Below are positions 24,783 to 39,116 of a stretch of 64,000 nt of DNA, in pieces. Both the position numbers and the translations under genes were made by a program. Numbering within the stretch: the stretch's first letter is position 1; every line of letters starts with the position of its first letter. The notes beneath the pieces were generated by a model. That model had not been told where the DNA came from. It ran no database searches and saw only the letters and a program-made list of their open reading frames with translations. The DNA is taken from NCBI GenBank assembly GCA_964106645.2, contig OZ067040.1, one strand, 5' to 3'. Source of the stretch: Podarcis pityusensis. Taxonomy: Eukaryota.

Positions 24783-24980
24783 AGCCAGTGTGAATTGAGT
24801 GAATTGACTGTCAGAACAGAAGTGGGGAGACCTAGGTTCAAATGCTTACCCAGCCATGAAGGCTGGGTTCACTATCTCTCTGCCTAAACTACCTCACATG
24901 AGTGTTGTGGAGATAAAAGAGGGATTGCAGAGAAATATGTATACCCCCTTGAGCTTCTTGAAAGAATGATGGGATATAAG
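24783..24980 (+). mobile_element. Degenerate Squam3/CORE-like SINE (similar copy at about 30350-30520)
   Basis: gccagtgtg...ggagacctaggttcaaat...ctacctcaca...gggatataa. Confidence 0.5.
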
Positions 24981-26698
24981 TGTTTTTTAAAAAATAACTT
25001 GAAAAAATACAGATAGGACAACTTTGATGTTGTTGTCAAAGTTTTTTGAATGAGTGAATGTTTTTATTAGCTGCAAATTTCTACAGCTCAAAGAGTAAAT
25101 TTTCCGTATTGTTTAAGTTCAAATAAATTAGTTTAGCCAGAATGGCATTGGATAATAGGTGCACAGTCTATTGACATGCTGTTCACCTGGTCCTAATGTT
25201 TTATACCTTGGCTAACAAGCAGCTGAAGCATGGGTTGCCCCATCAAGTAAAACAGTAGAAATACTTAACTAACTGACCAATCACATCAGTTCACCACCCC
25301 CCCCAAGTCCTGTTCCTCCCAAGCAAAGTCCTGTGCCCCCTAACAAAAATCCTGGCTACACCCATGAGCTGAAGTAAAATAGCTAGAAAACAGGGTAGTT
25401 AGTTGAAAGTAGAAGAAAATTGTGGCATCAGAAACTTAAAGGGCTGGAACATTTAAAGTGAGCTGGAACACTGAGAAAGTGCTAAAGTGCACAGAAGGGC
25501 ACTGCAGCAGAAGCCAGGAGGAGACCAAATGAGTTGATAAGTAGTGGCTTGGATAGGGAAACAATCCAGAAGACAAAGGGCTGGGAGCATTTGTCGCTGC
25601 TGTTGTTTGTTTGTTAGCTCTGATATGTAGTTACTTAAATTGTAAAGTTAGGGCTGGATTCAACTTGTGCTAGCAGAAGGCAGCACAACGAGTCCTGGCG
25701 GCACAATGGGACTTGTACTGATGGAGCAATCTTAATAGCGTAACATTGAATTCCACCCTTAGTTTTAATGAAAACTGTTCAACTTGTATTACTAAATCCT
25801 TAAGCATAGTTGCTGTAGGGGGGAAATCAGTTTGAGGTCTTGCTACTCACCACATGCTTAAGTGCCATGTCACTCCTACCAATATTAGGAAAATGTTGAG
25901 CTAGTTAAAATTCATAAGGTTAAAGGGCTATTTAGTGGAGGTAACCAGAGAAAAATAAAATGGCCACTTGGTAGTAGTGGCAAAGATAAGAAGCGGTGGG
26001 GTGGGGTGGTTTGTCTGGTTTGCTTTCCGCTTTTCCTTCTCCCAGTGCAGGCTATAACCCAGGCCATTCATGGAGATTAAGACTGCTAGTCATTATGGCT
26101 TTTTTACCTCCAGGGTTGGAGGGAGTGCAACTCTAAATATCAGTTGCTGGGGATCACAAGCAAAGAGTGTCCTTGTGCTCATGTCCTTGTTTGTGGGTTT
26201 CCCAAGGACAAAACAAAATGCGGGATCAGATGGGCCTTGAGGTCTGATTTACGTCATGAAAGTTTGCGATCTCTCCATCTATCTCAGGCATCACCAACGT
26301 TTTTGGGCCTAAGGGAACATATGCAAATCTAAGAAACTGTTATGGGCACAACACACATACAAATTCACAGAATAAAAAGAGCTAGAACACCTAAACACCC
26401 CCCAAAAACAAATAAAACAGAAATGAAAAGCACATTAGTTGCACTCATACAAGCAGCCCCTGCAACCAAAAAGGAAGCCCCAAACCTTGATTTTTTAAAA
26501 CAACAAATTGGGACAGGGAGTCTTGGCAGCAGCTGGAGAGGTATCTCAGGGTGCAATGGTGCCCATGGGCATCACATTGGTGACTACAGGACTAACTTAT
26601 TCTCTTTTGAGGATGAAAGGAAGGAACCCCGGCATTCCTCTTAGAAGTGAAATGTTGTAATTAAAAAAAAAAATCCCATCCCTTTGCTTAATCTCATT

Positions 26699-26892
26699 TG
26701 TAGATGCCAACTCCCGGAGGCTGAGAAGACTTTGCCCCCCCCCCAAAAAAAATATTTGAGGGGGCTGGGGCTGCTCAAGTTGATGGGCATTGCCATTCAA
26801 ATGGTGTGCATGCACTGCGACATATGATCGATTGTGTAGGGCATGGCTTAACTGCCCACCCCCCAAATATTTTATTCAAGTTGGCACCCCTG
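26699..26892. mobile_element. hAT-like element
   Basis: 8-bp TSD atctcatt/atcccatt; homologous to 47735-47910. Confidence 0.6.
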
Positions 26893-29104
26893 ATCCCATT
26901 GCTTTTTATCCCCCCCCCCCCACTATTTTAGGAGTTTTGTGTATTGCTACCAGAATATTTCCTCTTTACCTTCTTAAACTGCTGGCGAGTTCAGCTTCTC
27001 TCTCCTGTTCCATCCCTCTACCTGGTACTGTGTTGTCTTCTGCATGACACACATGGATACACCCTTGTTGCACCAGACTTGGAATGCAAGAGGGTGGATA
27101 AAAAAAACCATCTTCCTGTGGGAGCCTTGCAAATCTATTATTTTTACATTCTTCAGAGTAATTGTGACCCAAATGTAGTAGTGTGTATATATTGGATTCT
27201 TGTGCATTCTTCCAGAAGCTGTCTACTTCCCTGAGCATGCTATCAGAGTGAACAAATTCACTGCCATGGTTGCTTCCATGTTACAGAATGCAAATTAATT
27301 TTTTGTTTGCATGTTCAAAAACAATGGGAATTATTTCCCAGAAACAAGAAAACCTTGCTGCTCTTGTAATCTTTTTCCTGTTGTATTTTGCTTAATTCCA
27401 TCCATTTTTCTTCCTCCTTTCCTGGAGGGCTGTTTGTATGATTATAAAGTGATTTAATTGCCTTCTATAATGCAACATTTGCCTAGTTCACAAGAAATTA
27501 GATGCAATGGACATCTAAGTTCTCTTCGTGTCCCAATCTTTCCAAAATGGCTATTCTGACTAATTAGTAATCTTGACAATAATCTACAATTAGGTAATAG
27601 TGCAGCCTTGTGGGTTAGCCCCAGAAAGGAACTAGCCTAGCTAGATGGTGAACCGAGATGTGTTTTGTGAAATTCATTGTGTGAGGTATAACTTTCAGTG
27701 CATGGCATTTGGGAGACAAAAGCACGAAGTGCTCTGATCCCTTGTTGTTGGCAAATTACTGTCCACTATTTTTTGTTAACCTGTAAGTAGTTAAATGTAT
27801 ATTCGAACTGAGAATCCTAAAGCTATTACATAAAGACTGCATGAAGAGAATGCTCTGTAAAAGTCCCAATATGTGAAAGTCCCTGGAGTGTAAACTAACA
27901 CCTAATGTATTCCCTAACTTTGAACAGTGTATCCTGGATCAGCAGAACCTCCCAAGTAACCTTTGGGTACAACTGTGACATATTGACTGATTATGGGGGA
28001 GACTTACAAAGCTAGAGTGAGGGTGTATTGCTTTGTAGCAAACAAAAAAAGGCACACGTCTACTAACTTGTTTATTTTTCAGTTTGTAGTATGACTGGTT
28101 TGGGAAGGTTTTCAAAGATCACCTAATGCAATCTCTTATGTCTAATATGCTCAAAACATATCAGGTTTTTTTTCTATCCCTTGTTGAACCTTTTGGAAAT
28201 TTATTTTCTATCCAACTCAAGCTGGTGACCATTTTCTCTGTAAGCACTTTATTACCACAAATAGTTCCCTTTTACAAATTAAGTCCATGGCAGAGGACGT
28301 ACTTTTCCTTGTTTGTAGGATAGTCTGAGGGAACTACTAGACCTAACAGGACTAATGCAAGGGTGGTGTCATTTGCAGAAGGTCTGGACTCTGGGCAAGA
28401 GCTGTGGGGTGCATTTCTATTCACAATTCCCTGCTGCCCCTGCATTTCCCATGCAGCTGAGTTTCTTCTAGTCTCAATTGTACTTTATATTTGCTGCATG
28501 GTACTCACTTTTGCAATCTTCATACATTTAAAGACATCTTTTCAGGGACTTAGTTTTGGTCCATACCATCAACATGGCTCAGCTTTCGATTCCAGGTACA
28601 GAAGGTAATTATTTGTAATCATCATGCCGGGGCAGGGGGGAACTAATCCCCTCTCAGTGAAGTTCTTATAATTCTTCTAGTAGATTGGCTGCAGATTCAG
28701 TGGAACACAAATTCCATGGGTTTTTCAGAACGGATTACAGTTGTACTTATTGTTTTATTGTTCAGTATGTGCGGTTTCTGTAACCTTGCAAACAAACTCA
28801 TGCATTATGTCAGTGTTATTTATCAGTCACAGGTATTTTTAAGGAGAGGCTTCTTAACACAGTTTTGACACCTTGCGCACCATACAGTACTGCCGAGACA
28901 GGATCCCCTCCCTGTTTTTGTGTCCAGCCGCCTGCGTTTTGTGTAGCAATGTTAATAAAGAGACAAACACTTGTAGACGTAAAGGTTTAATCAAACAGCT
29001 AAGCATTGCCACTGAGGTGAACCAGAAATGAACTTAATATTTAATGGTCCAGCTCTGCTATTAACTGATATTTCCAGTGGTACATGAAGCCATCACCTTG
29101 TTGA

Positions 29105-29225
29105 ACCTAAGTAGGTCCAGGTCTTATCAGTGCCTTGATGGGAGGCTGCTTGGAAATCACATATTCAGCAACTTGGGTTATGTGAAGGAAAATGGGATAT
29201 AAATATAATAAAAATAAATAAATAG
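29105..29225 (+). mobile_element. 5S rRNA-derived SINE remnant
   Basis: aacctaagtaggtccaggtcttatcagtgccttgatgggaggctgcttggaaat resembles the 5S A/C-box region; A-rich tail. Confidence 0.5.
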
Positions 29226-29524
29226 TTTTCTGTCAAATGCAATCCAGTCCTGCCCTTTTGTACCCTGAAGGTTCTTTCAGTTCAGAGCTGTGGTCCTGTT
29301 GAGGCTCCCACTCATTAAAGGGGCAGGGGAGGTATTTTTGGCCAATTCAACCTCACCACTGTAGCCTCATGTAGCATCTTCTGCTCCAGCTCTGCTCAGG
29401 CAAATACAAGAGGCTGCAAGAGGAATCTGGAAAAATTCTCTCCCCTCTTTCCATGTACAGGGCTGACCTCGTGAATTAGAAAACCGTAATCACAATCAGT
29501 TAAGTTTCCCATTTTCCTTTTTAG

Positions 29525-29692
<168 letters not shown>

Positions 29693-30090
29693 TAGCCTTG
29701 TCTCACTCCCTACATTTCACCATCTTATTTCTGCAACAAATATTCTGACTGTTTATTCATGGTGTAGATCAGTATTGGGGAACCTGTGGCTCTGCAGATG
29801 TTGTTGAACTCAAACTTCCATCAGCCTCAGGCAGCATGGCCAATGATCAGATCATGCCTCTCCCATGGTTTCTGCATATACTGGCCTCAGCGTAATTGTT
29901 ATGGGAATTTAAATCAGTGTTCTCCAAATGTAACGTAAACTTTTATATAAATGTATAAAGCACCGACATTTGTACATATAAACTACTTTGTAGCAGTACT
30001 TCAGTTTTAACCTACAGCTGATCAAAGCATGTCTATAAAATCACCAGAAGTGAAAGTCCTACTTACAATGAGTTGTGCATAAACTCCTGA

Positions 30091-30198
<108 letters not shown>

Positions 30199-30857
30199 TA
30201 AGAAGTTTTTTCATTTATTGGTGTAACCCAAAATATGTTTGGGTGATTTAGATTCAGACGTCTGTTGACTACAACCTGCTAATTTTGAATAGTACGTTTT
30301 GAGCAACCAAAAAGTATCTACCCACTGCCTCTTAATATGAGATACGGAACTTAATGTAATGATTTGAGTGTTGGACTATGGCCTGGGAGACCGGGATTCG
30401 AATCCTCACTTTGGGCCAGTCACCATCTCTCAGCCTAACCTACCTCACAGGGTTGTAGAATGAGGAGCAGAACCATGTACACCACCTTGAGCTCCTTGGA
30501 GGAAAAGATGATACATATAGTAATAAAAAAGTGATATGCAGTATAAAGCACTAATAATTTTAACGGGCCTGTGACTGCATAATAAATGATTGATTATACA
30601 TTTGTATGTACACAAATCTGGATTTACAGAGATCTCTTGGATAAGAGCAAGGAAGTGGTAGTGTAAAAGTAGTGAGGCCTTGTGGCATGAAGTTCAAAAA
30701 CAACCAGAGGACAAAAGCAGTGAAGTTCTATTTTTAACACGATAATTTTTGGAGGTGTGTGCATGCTGTCAAGAGCAAACGGGGAATAAAAACATATCCA
30801 GTCTGATTTGCAACAACTTTCTCTCTCTGCAACTGCCTCCACCCTCTTTTATTTTAG

Positions 30858-30999
30858 AGAAGCTGTTGTTCTTGGAAGTACTGACTTCATGGAGGAGGAT
30901 ATAGAAAAAATTATAGAAGAGCTTGGAAAAGACTTTAAAGGAAATGCCTATCACTTAATGCACAAAAACTGCAATCACTTTTCTTCAGCTTTTTCAGAG
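30858..30999 (+). CDS. DESI2: DESI2 exon 4 ([10 protein letters not shown]...[17 protein letters not shown]), catalytic Cys, GC donor
   Basis: ttttag acceptor; NCNHF motif; GAG|gcaagt donor. Confidence 0.95.
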
Positions 31000-31775
31000 G
31001 CAAGTATTATTTGTTCAGCCTGGGCAAATGCTTGCCATTACTTTTATAAACACTTTAGTACTTGTAGGCTACATAGGTTACATATGTAATATTAATGTGT
31101 TTTCCATAAAGGACTTGCTGGAAATAAAATGGTAGCAGCAACACTTTTCACTGCCACCTCCAGAGAGGAAGCTCTGTGGGTTTTTAACCCAGCTAGCCAA
31201 GTTATGAAAAAGAGTGACCTTGTAAGAGTAATCAGCCATTCTTTCTCAAAAGCAATTGGAGACCTTAACTTTTCCCCCAGTTGTTTCCATTCATATAACT
31301 GGAAAGAATGTACAAAACTGCATTTTATAAAGCTATACCTTACATATAAATGACTCATACAGAAAACTGATAATTGTAACTTTCATTTGATAATTTGAAC
31401 TTTTGAAACAGCATTAATGAGGCACTAAATGATTTGTCATACACTTACTCTTTATCTTACCTGGGAGTTAACCCCATTGAACTGAAATAGAACTTTTGAA
31501 ATGGCATGGCTAGGATTGCGCTGTTGGGGTAAAAAAGGTCATTCAAAAATATGTTCAGTTTTTGATGCCCAGCATACTGTTATTTTCAGAATGGACTGCG
31601 TTGTCTCAGAATTAGATTTAGTATTCATTTTGCCTGTCTCACGGGTATCATAAGGAAGGGTTCATATTCACTGTACTATAATTGACAGGCATTTCAATTC
31701 AGTGATCTGTATTTCAAGTATAGAAACTGACATGTACTTAAAAAAGCACTGGATAACTTGTGGCATTTCATATAG

Positions 31776-32009
31776 ATTCTCTGTGGAAAAGAAATTCCTC
31801 GTTGGGTGAATCGCCTTGCCTATTTCAGTTCCTGTATCCCCTTTCTCCAAAGTTGCCTACCAAAAGAATGGCTTACACCTGCAGCTCTTCAGTCAAGTGT
31901 AAGCCAAGAGCTTCAGGAAGAACTGGAAGAAGCAGAAGATGCAGCAGCCTCAGCTTCCTTGCCAAAGTCAGCGTCAGGGGCAAGAACTGGACATCATGCT
32001 AAAATATAG
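31776..32009 (+). CDS. DESI2: DESI2 last coding exon ([17 protein letters not shown]...GHHAKI*)
   Basis: atatag acceptor; IPRWVNRLA motif; total CDS 582 nt = 193 aa. Confidence 0.96.
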   Translation: MLCGKEIPRWVNRLAYFSSCIPFLQSCLPKEWLTPAALQSSVSQELQEELEEAEDAAASASLPKSASGARTGHHAKI

Positions 32010-35000
32010 GTTTAGTCCAAAGTTCCATTACACTGAAGCCTTTGGAAGCCTTGTCAGTAACTGACCTCATTACAGAACTTCAGAGTGGCCATTTTAATGT
32101 CTTTGGTATGCAATTGATTCTCCAGCTCAAGATGATGGTGTTCCACTCAGGATTTTATATGTAGTGGGGAAAATGTTTATGGGGGAAATGGGAAGAACTT
32201 ATGGTGGATCTGCTGTCTTGATTTTCATCTAATCAGCAAGCCTGGACTAACTGAGCAGAAGTTAAACTGTTTACAGTATTGTGTGCTGCTGTTTACAAGT
32301 CCCACAGGGACACCTGCCATTGAAAGATAAATTTTAATCAGCTCAATTAGGCCTGCATGACTTCATCAGCCTCAGTGGATGAATGAGCAGCTTTGTTTGT
32401 TGCTACCTTGGAATTGGGCAGGACAAAATATTTCACTTCCAACTGTTGCTGATAATGAAGCAGGGAAGAATGAATACTGTGTGTAAACAGGGTACATAAT
32501 TGTCAATACAAAGAAATCTGTCCTAGTAACCAAGGAGGTTACCTTAGTATGTATCTGAGAATATCTGTTCCTAAAACTGTGACTTCTCTGTCAGTTTTTA
32601 TCCACTCATGCTGAGTGAATTAATATTTTACTACAAAGGTGAGTGTGTTCTCTCTGGTGTCAGATTTCAACCTCCTTTTTGCCTCATGTTTTTGTCTGAC
32701 TTAGAGATGCAAAACGTCATTCTGAACATCAACAGTTTCCCCCCATTAAGATAAAATAACAGTGCTGTTTCACATTACCTAGAACTACAGGAGGAATACA
32801 GATGAATCATGCAATTAGACATTAACATTAGATAACATAACATGGTAACATTTGGTTCATGACTGAACTCACTTTAGCAGTGTGAGTTTTGCAGCTAATT
32901 TAACCAGATGTAAGCTGCTGCTTAAGAGAAGAGTCTCTTAATAGAAACATGAAGAGAAATGGAAAGTGCTTTGTTTAGTTTTCCATCAGCAACATTCAAC
33001 AATTACAGGGAATGCAAAGGTTTTCTCCAGCTTCTGTGTTCACAACAGAACCAATGACAGATATAGGTGAGTTACCCAGATGTTTCTTTTAGTGACACAT
33101 TTTTCTTAACCGTTAGTCTAATAGCAACTATCAAAGACAAATTGCATTCATCAAGATAACCAAGGAATTCATTCTATTTGGTATCTTTCCCCAATGTTAG
33201 CATGTCTTCTTCAGGAAGAAGGATACAGTAGAAATAATAGCAAATTGGAATAAGTTTTAGATTTTTATTATACATGCTGCCTTAAGGATCTTGCATTTAA
33301 CTGGGAAGAGGCCAACTGGAAATTATGTATAAACAAAGGTCTGGTGAAGAATATGTAAATAACTCTTACATGTGGTATTACATTGCTGGGTTTGTTGAAT
33401 AAACTCTTCAGAGTAGATGACACAGTCAGCTAAATTGGGAGGTATTTTGTTGATGCACATATTGGACAACCTGAAGAAAAGAGGGCTGGTTAATTTGTTC
33501 ATAAATTTACATTATGTTCTGGCATATTATTTTACAAATACAATCCCACTGAAGGTATAAAAATGCTATTGTTTCCAATTAAAAGGGCATTAGATATTTT
33601 TCTAACCACTTCAAGTTTTTACATACACTCATTTGAGGGAGACTGTTGTAAACAATACTCAGGTATGCAACATTATCCTGTTAAAAGTCAAACAATAATA
33701 ATTCTCAAAAATGTGAAATAATGAGCATGTTCCATATTTTAACCAACCTTTTTTAGTAAGAAACTAAATTATCTTTAACAGTGCCATTATGATTGCATTT
33801 TAACCATTTTTGTTTTGTCAGTAGCCAGCACAATCTGCTTAAGCTGCTAGATTTTTTTGATGCCACGTTTAACCCTACACTCTTTGTTCTTTAATTTATA
33901 CTTTTTGATTAGGATTCTGAGAATTGTACCCTTATGATTGACAATCTGCTCACGATTGCCAAATTATATAAAGCATTTCTTAGTAGAATGACAATGGGAT
34001 AGACGAGAGGATTTCTTTGAACTGCAGGTGAAGTGGAAATGGAATTTTCCATCTCAGATCTGAAGCTGTTAATGAAGCTCAAATGTTAACAAGATGAGCT
34101 CTGATCCAGAGCCGTCTATGTGCTGAAATGCACACAGCATTCCTCCATTTGAAAACCTCCCAACTTAATTTCAGTGGAAGGGGCAATTTGGTGAACATAT
34201 TTATTGACACTTAAGGAATTATCACCTATGTTGAGGCCCTTGTGAGGACTTATGAAGCAGTTGTGCCTACATAGGATTGCTGGATTTTGGTAATTCTGTA
34301 GCTTGTCATAGTTGTTTGGACAAACATTAGGAACTAGATGAATCTCCATCAAATTTTTTATTAAAAAAAATTGGCCTTGTTCTGCTCATATTCACAGCAC
34401 TGTATATGATACACACATACTTTCATACACATCGATAGCATGCAAGCAATGCAAAGACATACATGACACGGTAAGTACAGTCATTTTTTAATAAATAATT
34501 TGGTGGTTCATTTTGAATACGAGTTCCCTGTTAAGCCATTTAGTAATGATCATAACCCCATGAACAAACTTACCATTTGAACCTTGAATTTGGTACATCT
34601 TAAGAAGTGGTAGTCTTATATCTTACCACATGTGCTATGCTTGGTCTCCACTCGATTCTTTAAAACAAACAACCCTGCCAAAGGCTGTTCTCAAAGCAAT
34701 AGTTCAAGTTACCTTTCACCAGCATTACTACTCAGCAGGGAGTACACTGTCTGCCATTGGCCAAAGTGTGCATTTAAAAACTATAACACTATTCTCAGCT
34801 AAGAGAATACTGGATATCTGTGGGGGTTTTCCAACAAAAACAAACGGGTAGTAGAAATACATTCAGGGTTCTCTGATCTGTCAAATTCCTAATACTTGAT
34901 TATTTTTCTTTAAGATGGATTACTGTTGTTTGGTGTTCTGTCTTACTAAAGCCATTTTTATTAAAATGTCACCCTTTATTCAGGAAGCCAAAAATAAAAT

Positions 35001-35290
35001 GCTACATTTTGTCAGTTTGCATCAGTAAACTGTATAATGGTTTGATTATAACAATGTAGTGGGTTTCCAACATGCAATAGAATTGTAATCACAATTGATA
35101 AGAAAAATTTCACTTTTAGACAGTTAGATACTGAATTTTCACTGACACTTTTTGTAACTTAAGATAAGTTTACTGTAATGCATAGTATTTGTATGAAATA
35201 GTCAGAGAATTTGACTTTTGTTACTTTGACATGTCAAACTATTATAAACTTGAATCCATCCATTTATTAAAGAGAAGTTTTTTATAGAAC
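32010..35290 (+). other. DESI2: Probable long DESI2 3' UTR
   Basis: About 3.3 kb of AT-rich sequence with no recognisable transposons after the stop; candidate ATTAAA at 35266-35271 followed by a GT/T-rich tract. The end point is inferred. Confidence 0.5.
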
Positions 35291-35841
35291 AAATCGCATG
35301 TGTTCTGTTCTTGTCAATTTAAATATTAGATTTCAATTCCACTTCTTTATACTATTGCATTATTAAATCTATTTTTATATTTTGGGTTAAAAGTATCAAC
35401 ATGCAAGAGTGAACAAAGGCTTTCCACATGACAATATTGTTTTTAACGGGTTTTTATTAAACAGAAGCAATACATAACTATATAAACTATATAAGGTCTT
35501 TCAAAACAATCCGTACCCAGTGCCATACCATGATGAAGGGGTGATCACTGGAGAGTTTCAAATTAAACTATTTCAAAAGAGACAACAGAGCAATGGGAAC
35601 TGATGGTGGGGTACAAGGATGGCTAATGTACAAAAAAAGAGAAACATAACAATTATCAGAAGGTTCACAATATTTATTCTTATCTAGATATCAAAGAAAA
35701 AAGGGAAAGAACAAGAATTTCTTGGACAAACAACTCGCTTTAAGATATTTTTGTGGGAAAATACTAGAAAAGCCAAAAATTTATTGCATCCTGGTACAGT
35801 ACTGACATTCATCAAAAGCACCTGGCCTCTTCAGCATTCTA

Positions 35842-36087
35842 CAGTGGTACCTCAGGTTACATACTTAATTCATTCATTCCGGAGGTCCGTTCTTAACCTG
35901 AAACTGTTCTTAACCTGAAGCACCACTTTAGCTAATGGGGCCTTCCGCTGCTGCTGCGGTGCCACCGCCTGATTTCTGTTCTCATCCTGAAGCAAAGGTC
36001 TTAACCCGGGGTACTATTTCTGGGTTAGCGGAGTCTGTAACCTGAAGCGTATGTAACCTGAAGCGTACATAACCTGAGGTACCACTG
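35842..36087. mobile_element. Tc1/mariner MITE, CAGTGGTACCTC family
   Basis: TIRs + TA both sides. Confidence 0.85.
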
Positions 36088-36415
36088 TACTTTGAGATGG
36101 AGGGAGAGACACGATATTTTCTTGATGGTATTGGGCAACTATCAACTCCCAACTGAAACACAACAGACCCATATACAACATACCAAAAGGAATCTAATCT
36201 AACATACAGCGCCAAGATACAGTGGCAGGTCTCTGGCAAAAAGGATGGACCTTTCCCGCTCCTTTCCTGAAAGGTTAAAAGCAAAAAGCAAGTCAGAAGG
36301 AACCAAGAGGAAAATGAGAACAAGAGTAGAAATTTGGAGGACAGGATGCAGAATGCAAGAGAAACTGGGGGGGGGGGGGGAGGGAAAGTTATAAGTGACA
36401 GTTGGAGAGAGTGAA

Positions 36416-36418
36416 ATA

Positions 36419-36454
<36 letters not shown>

Positions 36455-39116
36455 TATTATTTATACCCCGCCCATCTGGCTGGGCCTCCCCAGCCACTCT
36501 GGGCGGCTTCCAAAAGAATATTAAAATACTGTGATACATCAAACATTAAAAGCATCCCTAAACAGGGCTGCCTTCAGATGTCTTCTAAAAGTCGGGTAGT
36601 TGTTCTCTTTGACATCTGGTGGGAGGGTGTTCCACAAGGAGGGCGCCACTACCGAGAAGGCCCTCTGCCTGGTTCCCTGTAACTTGGCTTCTCGCAGTGA
36701 GGGAACCGCCAGAAGGCCCTCGGTGCTGGACCTCAGTGTCCGGGTAGAACGATGGGGGTGGAGACGCTCATTCAGGTATACTGGACCGAGGCCGCTTAGG
36801 GCTTTAAAGGTCAGCACCAACATTTTGAATTGTGCTCGGAAACGTACTGGGAGCCAATGTAGGTCTTTCAAGACCCATGTTATATGGTCTCGGCGGCCAC
36901 TCCCAGTCACCAGTCTGGCTGCTGCGTTCTGGATTAGTTGTTTCCGGGTCACCTTCAAAGGTAGCCCCACGTAGAGCGCATTGCAGTAGTCCAAGCGGGA
37001 GATAACCAGAGCATGCACCACTCTTGCGAGGCAGTCCGCAGGCAGATAGGGTCTCAGCCTGCGTACCAGATGGAGCTGGTACACAGCTGCCCTGGACACG
37101 GATTTAACCTGTGCCTCCATGGACAGCTGTGAGTCCAAAATGACTCCCAGGCTGCGCACCTGGTCCTTCAGGGGCACAGTTACCCCATTCAGGACCAGGG
37201 AATCCTCCACACCTGTCCGCCTCCTGTCCCCCAGAAACAGTACTTCTGTCTTGTCAGGATTCAATCTCAATCTGTTAGCCACCATCCATCCTCCAACCGC
37301 CTCCAGACACTCACACAGGACCGTCACCGCCTTCACTGGTTCTGATTTGAAAGAGAGGTAGAGATGGGTATCATCCGCATACTAATGAACACCCAACCCA
37401 AACCCCCTGATGATCTCTCCCAGCGGCTGCATGTAGATGTTGAAAAGCATGGGGGAGAGGACAGAACCCTGAGGCACCCCACAAGTGAGAGCCCAGGGGT
37501 CTGAACACTCATCTCCCACCACCACTTTCTGAACACGGCCCAGGAGGAAGGAGCGGAACCGCTGTATGACAGTGCCCCCAGCTCCCAGCCCCTCAAGACG
37601 GTCCAGAAGGATGTTATGGTCGATGGTATCAAACGCCGCTGAGAGATCCAGCAGAACTAGGAAACAGCTCTCACCTTTGTCCCTAGCCCGCCGGAGATCA
37701 TCAACCAGTGCGACCAAGGCAGTTTCAGTCCCGTGATGAGGCCTGAATCCTGACTGGAAGGGATCCAAATGGTCCGCTTCTTCCAAGCGTGCCTGGAGTT
37801 GTTCAGCAACCACTCGCTCAATCACCTTGCCCAAGAATGGAAGATTTGAGGCTGGGCGATAGTTGGCCATCGTGGCCGCATCTAAAGATGGTTTTTTAAG
37901 AAGCGGTTTAATAACCGCCTCTTTCAGCGGGTCTGGGAAGGCTCCCTCACGGAGGGAAGCATTCACCACCCCACGAAGCCCATCGCCCAGCCCTTCCCGG
38001 CTAGCTTTTATAAGCCAGGATGGGCAAGGATCCAGGAGACGGGTGGTTGGTTTCACTCGTCCAAGCAGCCTATCCACATCCTCGGAGGTAACAGATTGGA
38101 ATTGATCCCACGCAATTTGACTAGACAGGACTCTAGCACTCTCCCGCCCCGGCCCTGCTCCCACGGTGGCGTCTACCTCTTCCTGAATCTGAGCGACTTT
38201 ATCTGCAAAAAACTTTGCAAAATCATTGCAGGAGATCATGTGGCCCGTACTGGGCCCCGATGTAGCAGGTGGTTCCGCTAAATTGCGGACCACCTGAAAA
38301 AGTCTCCTGCTGCTGTTTTCTGCAGATGCAATAGAGGCGGTGAAGAAAGTCTTCTTCGCCATCGCTACTGCCACTTGGTAGGCTCGACATTGAGCTCTAA
38401 CCTGGGTCCGGTCAGCTTCAGAATGGGTCATCCGCCACCGGCGCTCTAGCCATCTCAACGATTGTTTCATTGCCCTCAGATCCGTGGAAAACCACGGGGC
38501 TGTCCGGGCTCCATGCAATTGGAGAGGGCGCTTCAGGGCCAAACAGTCAATAGCCCTGGTTAACTCCACATTCCAGCGGGCCGCCAGGGAATCAGCTGAA
38601 AGGCCATCAACATGGGATAAAGCATCCCCTACCACTCTCTGGAAACCATTTGGATCCATCAAGTGGCGGGGGCGGTCCCACCTCCCTGCAGAGGGGAAGG
38701 GTCGCAGAGAAGTCCAGTTGCACCAGGAAGTGATCTGACCATGGCACTTCTTTTGTTTCACTTTTAGTTAGTGTCAGATCACCAACATCCGTAGAGGTAA
38801 ACACCAGGTCCAAGGCATGTCCGCGGCTATGGGTTGGGCCAAACTTATTCAGGGACAGCCCCATAGAGGCCATGCTTTCCACGAAGTCCCGAGCGGCCCC
38901 TTGTAAGGTCGTGTCGGCATGGATATTAAAATCCCCTAGGACAACCAAACTAGGTGTCTCCAGGAGAACATCCGCCACGACCTGAAGCAGCTCGGGCAGG
39001 GAATCCTTGGTGCAGTGGGGAGGTCGGTACACCAAAAGGAATCCTGTACTGCCCCTATTGCCCAACTTCCAGAACATGCACTCAGAGAACTGGGTCTTCC
39101 CAATAGGACGCCTGGT
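36416..39116 (-). mobile_element. 2.7-kb 5'-truncated L2 LINE (partial APE endonuclease + RT), inactivated
   Basis: LGDFNIH, LDLVF and SDH endonuclease motifs; LLDLSAAFDT, GVPQGSVL and YADD RT motifs; TAG at 37382-37384 just before YADD; frameshift near 38650-38760; (TAA)n tail. Confidence 0.95.
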
